Source: Utricularia gibba (taxonomy: Eukaryota > Plantae > Magnoliophyta). Taken from it: a DNA stretch of 64,000 bases. Shown one piece after another: positions 61,347 through 64,000 of the stretch. The position numbers and the translations under genes were made by a program. The notes beneath the pieces are model-generated. The model had not been told where the DNA came from. It worked only from the letters and a program-made list of their open reading frames with translations, and searched no databases. Every line of letters begins with the position of its first letter. The stretch's first letter is position 1. The DNA lies in the NCBI GenBank assembly GCA_002189035.1, contig CM007989.1, positions 2,046,001-2,110,000 on the forward strand, read 5' to 3'.

Positions 61347-62172
61347 AACGAAAACTCAAAGAATGTGTTTTCCAACACGCGAAGCGAGTTAGCTATTTTG
61401 GTTCATAAGCTTAATAAAAAAAAAAAACAAGACAAGTAAGAAATGTGAAATTGTATTTGTTTTTAATTCTTATTGCGGTTGGTTAAGATTGACTTGTTCT
61501 TGTGGTTTGCTTCCATGTTTGTATCCTGCTTCTCATGTTCCTACATTTTCATTGTCCATATCAACAAACTAAGTGCAATCTTGGAATGCTTTCCGACAAT
61601 CTTGGAATGTCCTTGGCTACACAAAAACATAAAGCCAGCCTATGCTTTGCTTTTATTATCCTGGATCTTGGCTCTAAAATTCAAATAGGCAAGGCTGATC
61701 GAGTCGCCATGTTCCAAAAATTCAGACACACATACAGAAACTCTAACAGCTTTGAACTAATCAGCCAACTAGATTGCACAGACAGCAGCTCAATTGATGC
61801 AGAGAGGTTTCCGGATAGTAAAGATGCCACCTTGGCCATGATCCCATGATTATCCGCTAGCTGACCCTTGCCGCTCTCTTGTTTTCTTTCAATCAGTTTA
61901 TGCTTTTATTAAGTTGCTGTCAAGTTTCGTTTGTTGCTATGTTCTGATTTTGATGGTGTCATTGTGGCCCTGTTTTTCTTTAGTTTGTTCTTATCAGCTT
62001 ACCAGCTGAATTGCTACTCATGTCATCCTTCCAATCAGGTCAAATCAAGTGTTGTTTCATTCAATCAGCACAACTCATTACATAATCAGTGATCACATTG
62101 AAACACTAGACTTTCGATCCCCACCACACCCAGGAGACAGATAACATTTTCAAGAATGCAGACCTTCAGGCA

Positions 62173-62200
62173 GCAGGTAGCAGGTAGCAGGTAGCCGGTA
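62173..62200. repeat. Short 7-bp tandem repeat (GCAGGTA)x4, last unit imperfect
   Basis: gcaggta gcaggta gcaggta gccggta. Confidence 0.8.
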
Positions 62201-62455
62201 GGGGCTGCCGCCTGCCCCCTTTTTTTTACTATTTTTCAGGATGCTGTCTCTTTTATTTACTGTAGTTCTTGTGCGACAAGTCCGTGGATGAACAGGCGGA
62301 GATAAACACGTAGACTAACGCGTATGTTGAGAGGTGGACGAGCATACACGTAATCCGGGTGTTGCTAACTTCCCATTGGACGCAGGTCGGAGGAAAGATA
62401 TCCATAAATCTCAGCATTCCCAGCTTCAAAACTTGGAACTCATCCAAGCATCAAA

Positions 62456-62698
62456 ATGACTGGTGGAAAAGGCGGCGGAGGTGCCGGCAAAGGCAGCGGC
62501 GGAAAAGGCGGAGGAAGCTCAGGTGGAGGCAGCGCTGGAAAAGGGGTTAGCAGCAGCCATGGATCCCAGAAAGTTGACAGCATGAAGGCCCCTGGTGGCG
62601 GTGGCCAGTATATATCCAGGTCTGGTTTCGAAGCGGATCCAAAGGGATACTTCCAACAGCTGCATCGCAGTGACACCCCAGGAAATCAAGGGAAGTAA
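62456..62698 (+). CDS. Small glycine-rich protein of unknown function (80 aa)
   Basis: A Gly/Lys/Ser-rich N-terminus is followed by MKAPGGGGQYISRSGFEADPKGYFQQLH, which resembles a small conserved plant protein motif (from memory). Good start context (AAAATGA). Confidence 0.7.
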   Translation: MTGGKGGGGAGKGSGGKGGGSSGGGSAGKGVSSSHGSQKVDSMKAPGGGGQYISRSGFEADPKGYFQQLHRSDTPGNQGK

Positions 62699-64000
62699 CT
62701 CGTGTCTTACTGCAGTATAATAGGATGCTACCCTGATAAATACAGTGGAAATCATGAATAAACACAGTGAGGTTCTTGCTTCTTCAATCCTCATGCACCA
62801 ACTACCACCCTAATAAACACGCGCCTCCCCGACTTCAACAATGAAGAAAACAATAAACTCTATTGATTTTATTAACTTTCCTTAAAATATAAAAAAAAAT
62901 AATAAATCACGATTTAATCATAATTTGACTATAATTTAATATTATTAATAAAAATAGTAATTTTTTTTAGAAAACAAAGTTTCAATCATAGTTTAAATGG
63001 TGATTAATCGTTCCTATTTGTGTAAATGATTAATTATTTTTTAATGGTTTTAAAATGAAAAAATTGTATTAAATTTAATTCTTGTTGGACCAGAATCGGG
63101 CTCAAGTTATAAATCCAAGTTGCGAGTCGATAACCTCGGGTATGGATCATGGTAAAGGCCCACGAGCTTAGAATAATGGGCTGGATCAGATGTGGTTGTT
63201 GCCCGACTATTTGCCTTACGTGGATGGTGGGGATCAAGTTTTCATACATGGGTTAAATCGGCGTCCATACTCTTATTAATAATTATATTTACAAATAGAC
63301 GGAATGCATCCTGTTTTCTATAGGTAACTTTTTCGAAAAATAAATACATAATTGATTTTAATAAAATTAAAAATTATAATAAAATGAAAATTGATATATA
63401 TTTGAAATTATTTTCAAATAATTATTACAGAATTAATTTATATTTGGAATATAAAAATAATAGTTAATTTTAATATATTAATAATTATATTTTCTAAATT
63501 TATAATTTTAAAAAATATGTTTTATATATCATGTGTATTATAAAAAATATTATATGATTTTTGAATTATAATTTATATTACTAATTTATATTAAAATTAT
63601 GATTTAAAAATTAAAATATCTAAATTATTTATAATAATATTAATTAAATTATTTATAAAAATAGGTATAGTTGTAATTCAATCTTAGAAACACTTTTTAA
63701 AAATCAATTTTCATAAATAAGGTACAATCTCATTTTATGCCTATCATATAATTGAAATGATTCTAAAAAATTAATTATAGTAAAATAGAATTCAATATAC
63801 GTTGAAAATACAGAAACAATGATATCAAAATATAATTAATTCTACCGACTTCCAAACCTTGCTATATGTATTTCAATAAAGATATTAATCCGTTAAATGG
63901 CTTCGATTATGTGTCCGTATCTATGTCTAATGCTTATTTTAATCGTTCACTGATTAATACTATAAAGGTTTTCAAAAATTAACCAACCTATTATGATTTT

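Noticed and set aside
63300-64000. Extremely AT-rich tracts (also 2580-3700, 11470-11900 and 41150-42900)
   Set aside because: No termini, periodicity or ORFs that I could support; treated as ordinary intergenic or decayed TE DNA.
1-64000. tRNA, rRNA, snoRNA or miRNA genes, and autonomous transposon ORFs
   Set aside because: No cloverleaf or T-loop context, rRNA similarity, or transposase/RT motifs were recognised by eye; a covariance-model scan would be needed to exclude small RNAs.

Overview
Gene-dense flowering-plant nuclear DNA (GT-AG introns of about 70-450 nt, AT-rich intergenic tracts); the species cannot be determined from the sequence. In order: last exon of a DUF630/DUF632 gene, CCDC124-like, STY46-like ACT-domain kinase, a second DUF630/632 gene, clade-D PP2C, HIPP26-like, a rearranged 16.3-31.1 kb block, cold-shock protein, PI-PLC X-domain protein, Ole e 1/proline-rich protein, eIF4B, four SAURs plus a SAUR remnant, an N-terminally short MRL1-like PPR gene, a PRP4-like cell-wall protein and a small Gly-rich protein. 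The most unusual part is 16.3-31.1 kb. Four type I (probably M-beta) MADS-box copies carry 4/5/5/6 units of a 33-38 aa C-terminal repeat. They lie in inverted and direct orientation, interleaved with one intact synaptotagmin, one ERD7/senescence-domain gene and fragments of both, and one junction carries a perfect 62-bp hairpin. Single-base frameshifts in short G/C runs recur in several unrelated genes, which suggests consensus errors, so those pseudogene calls need caution. No tRNA, rRNA or CRISPR array was found. Exon borders were read by eye, no database searches were run, and homolog names come from recalled family knowledge.
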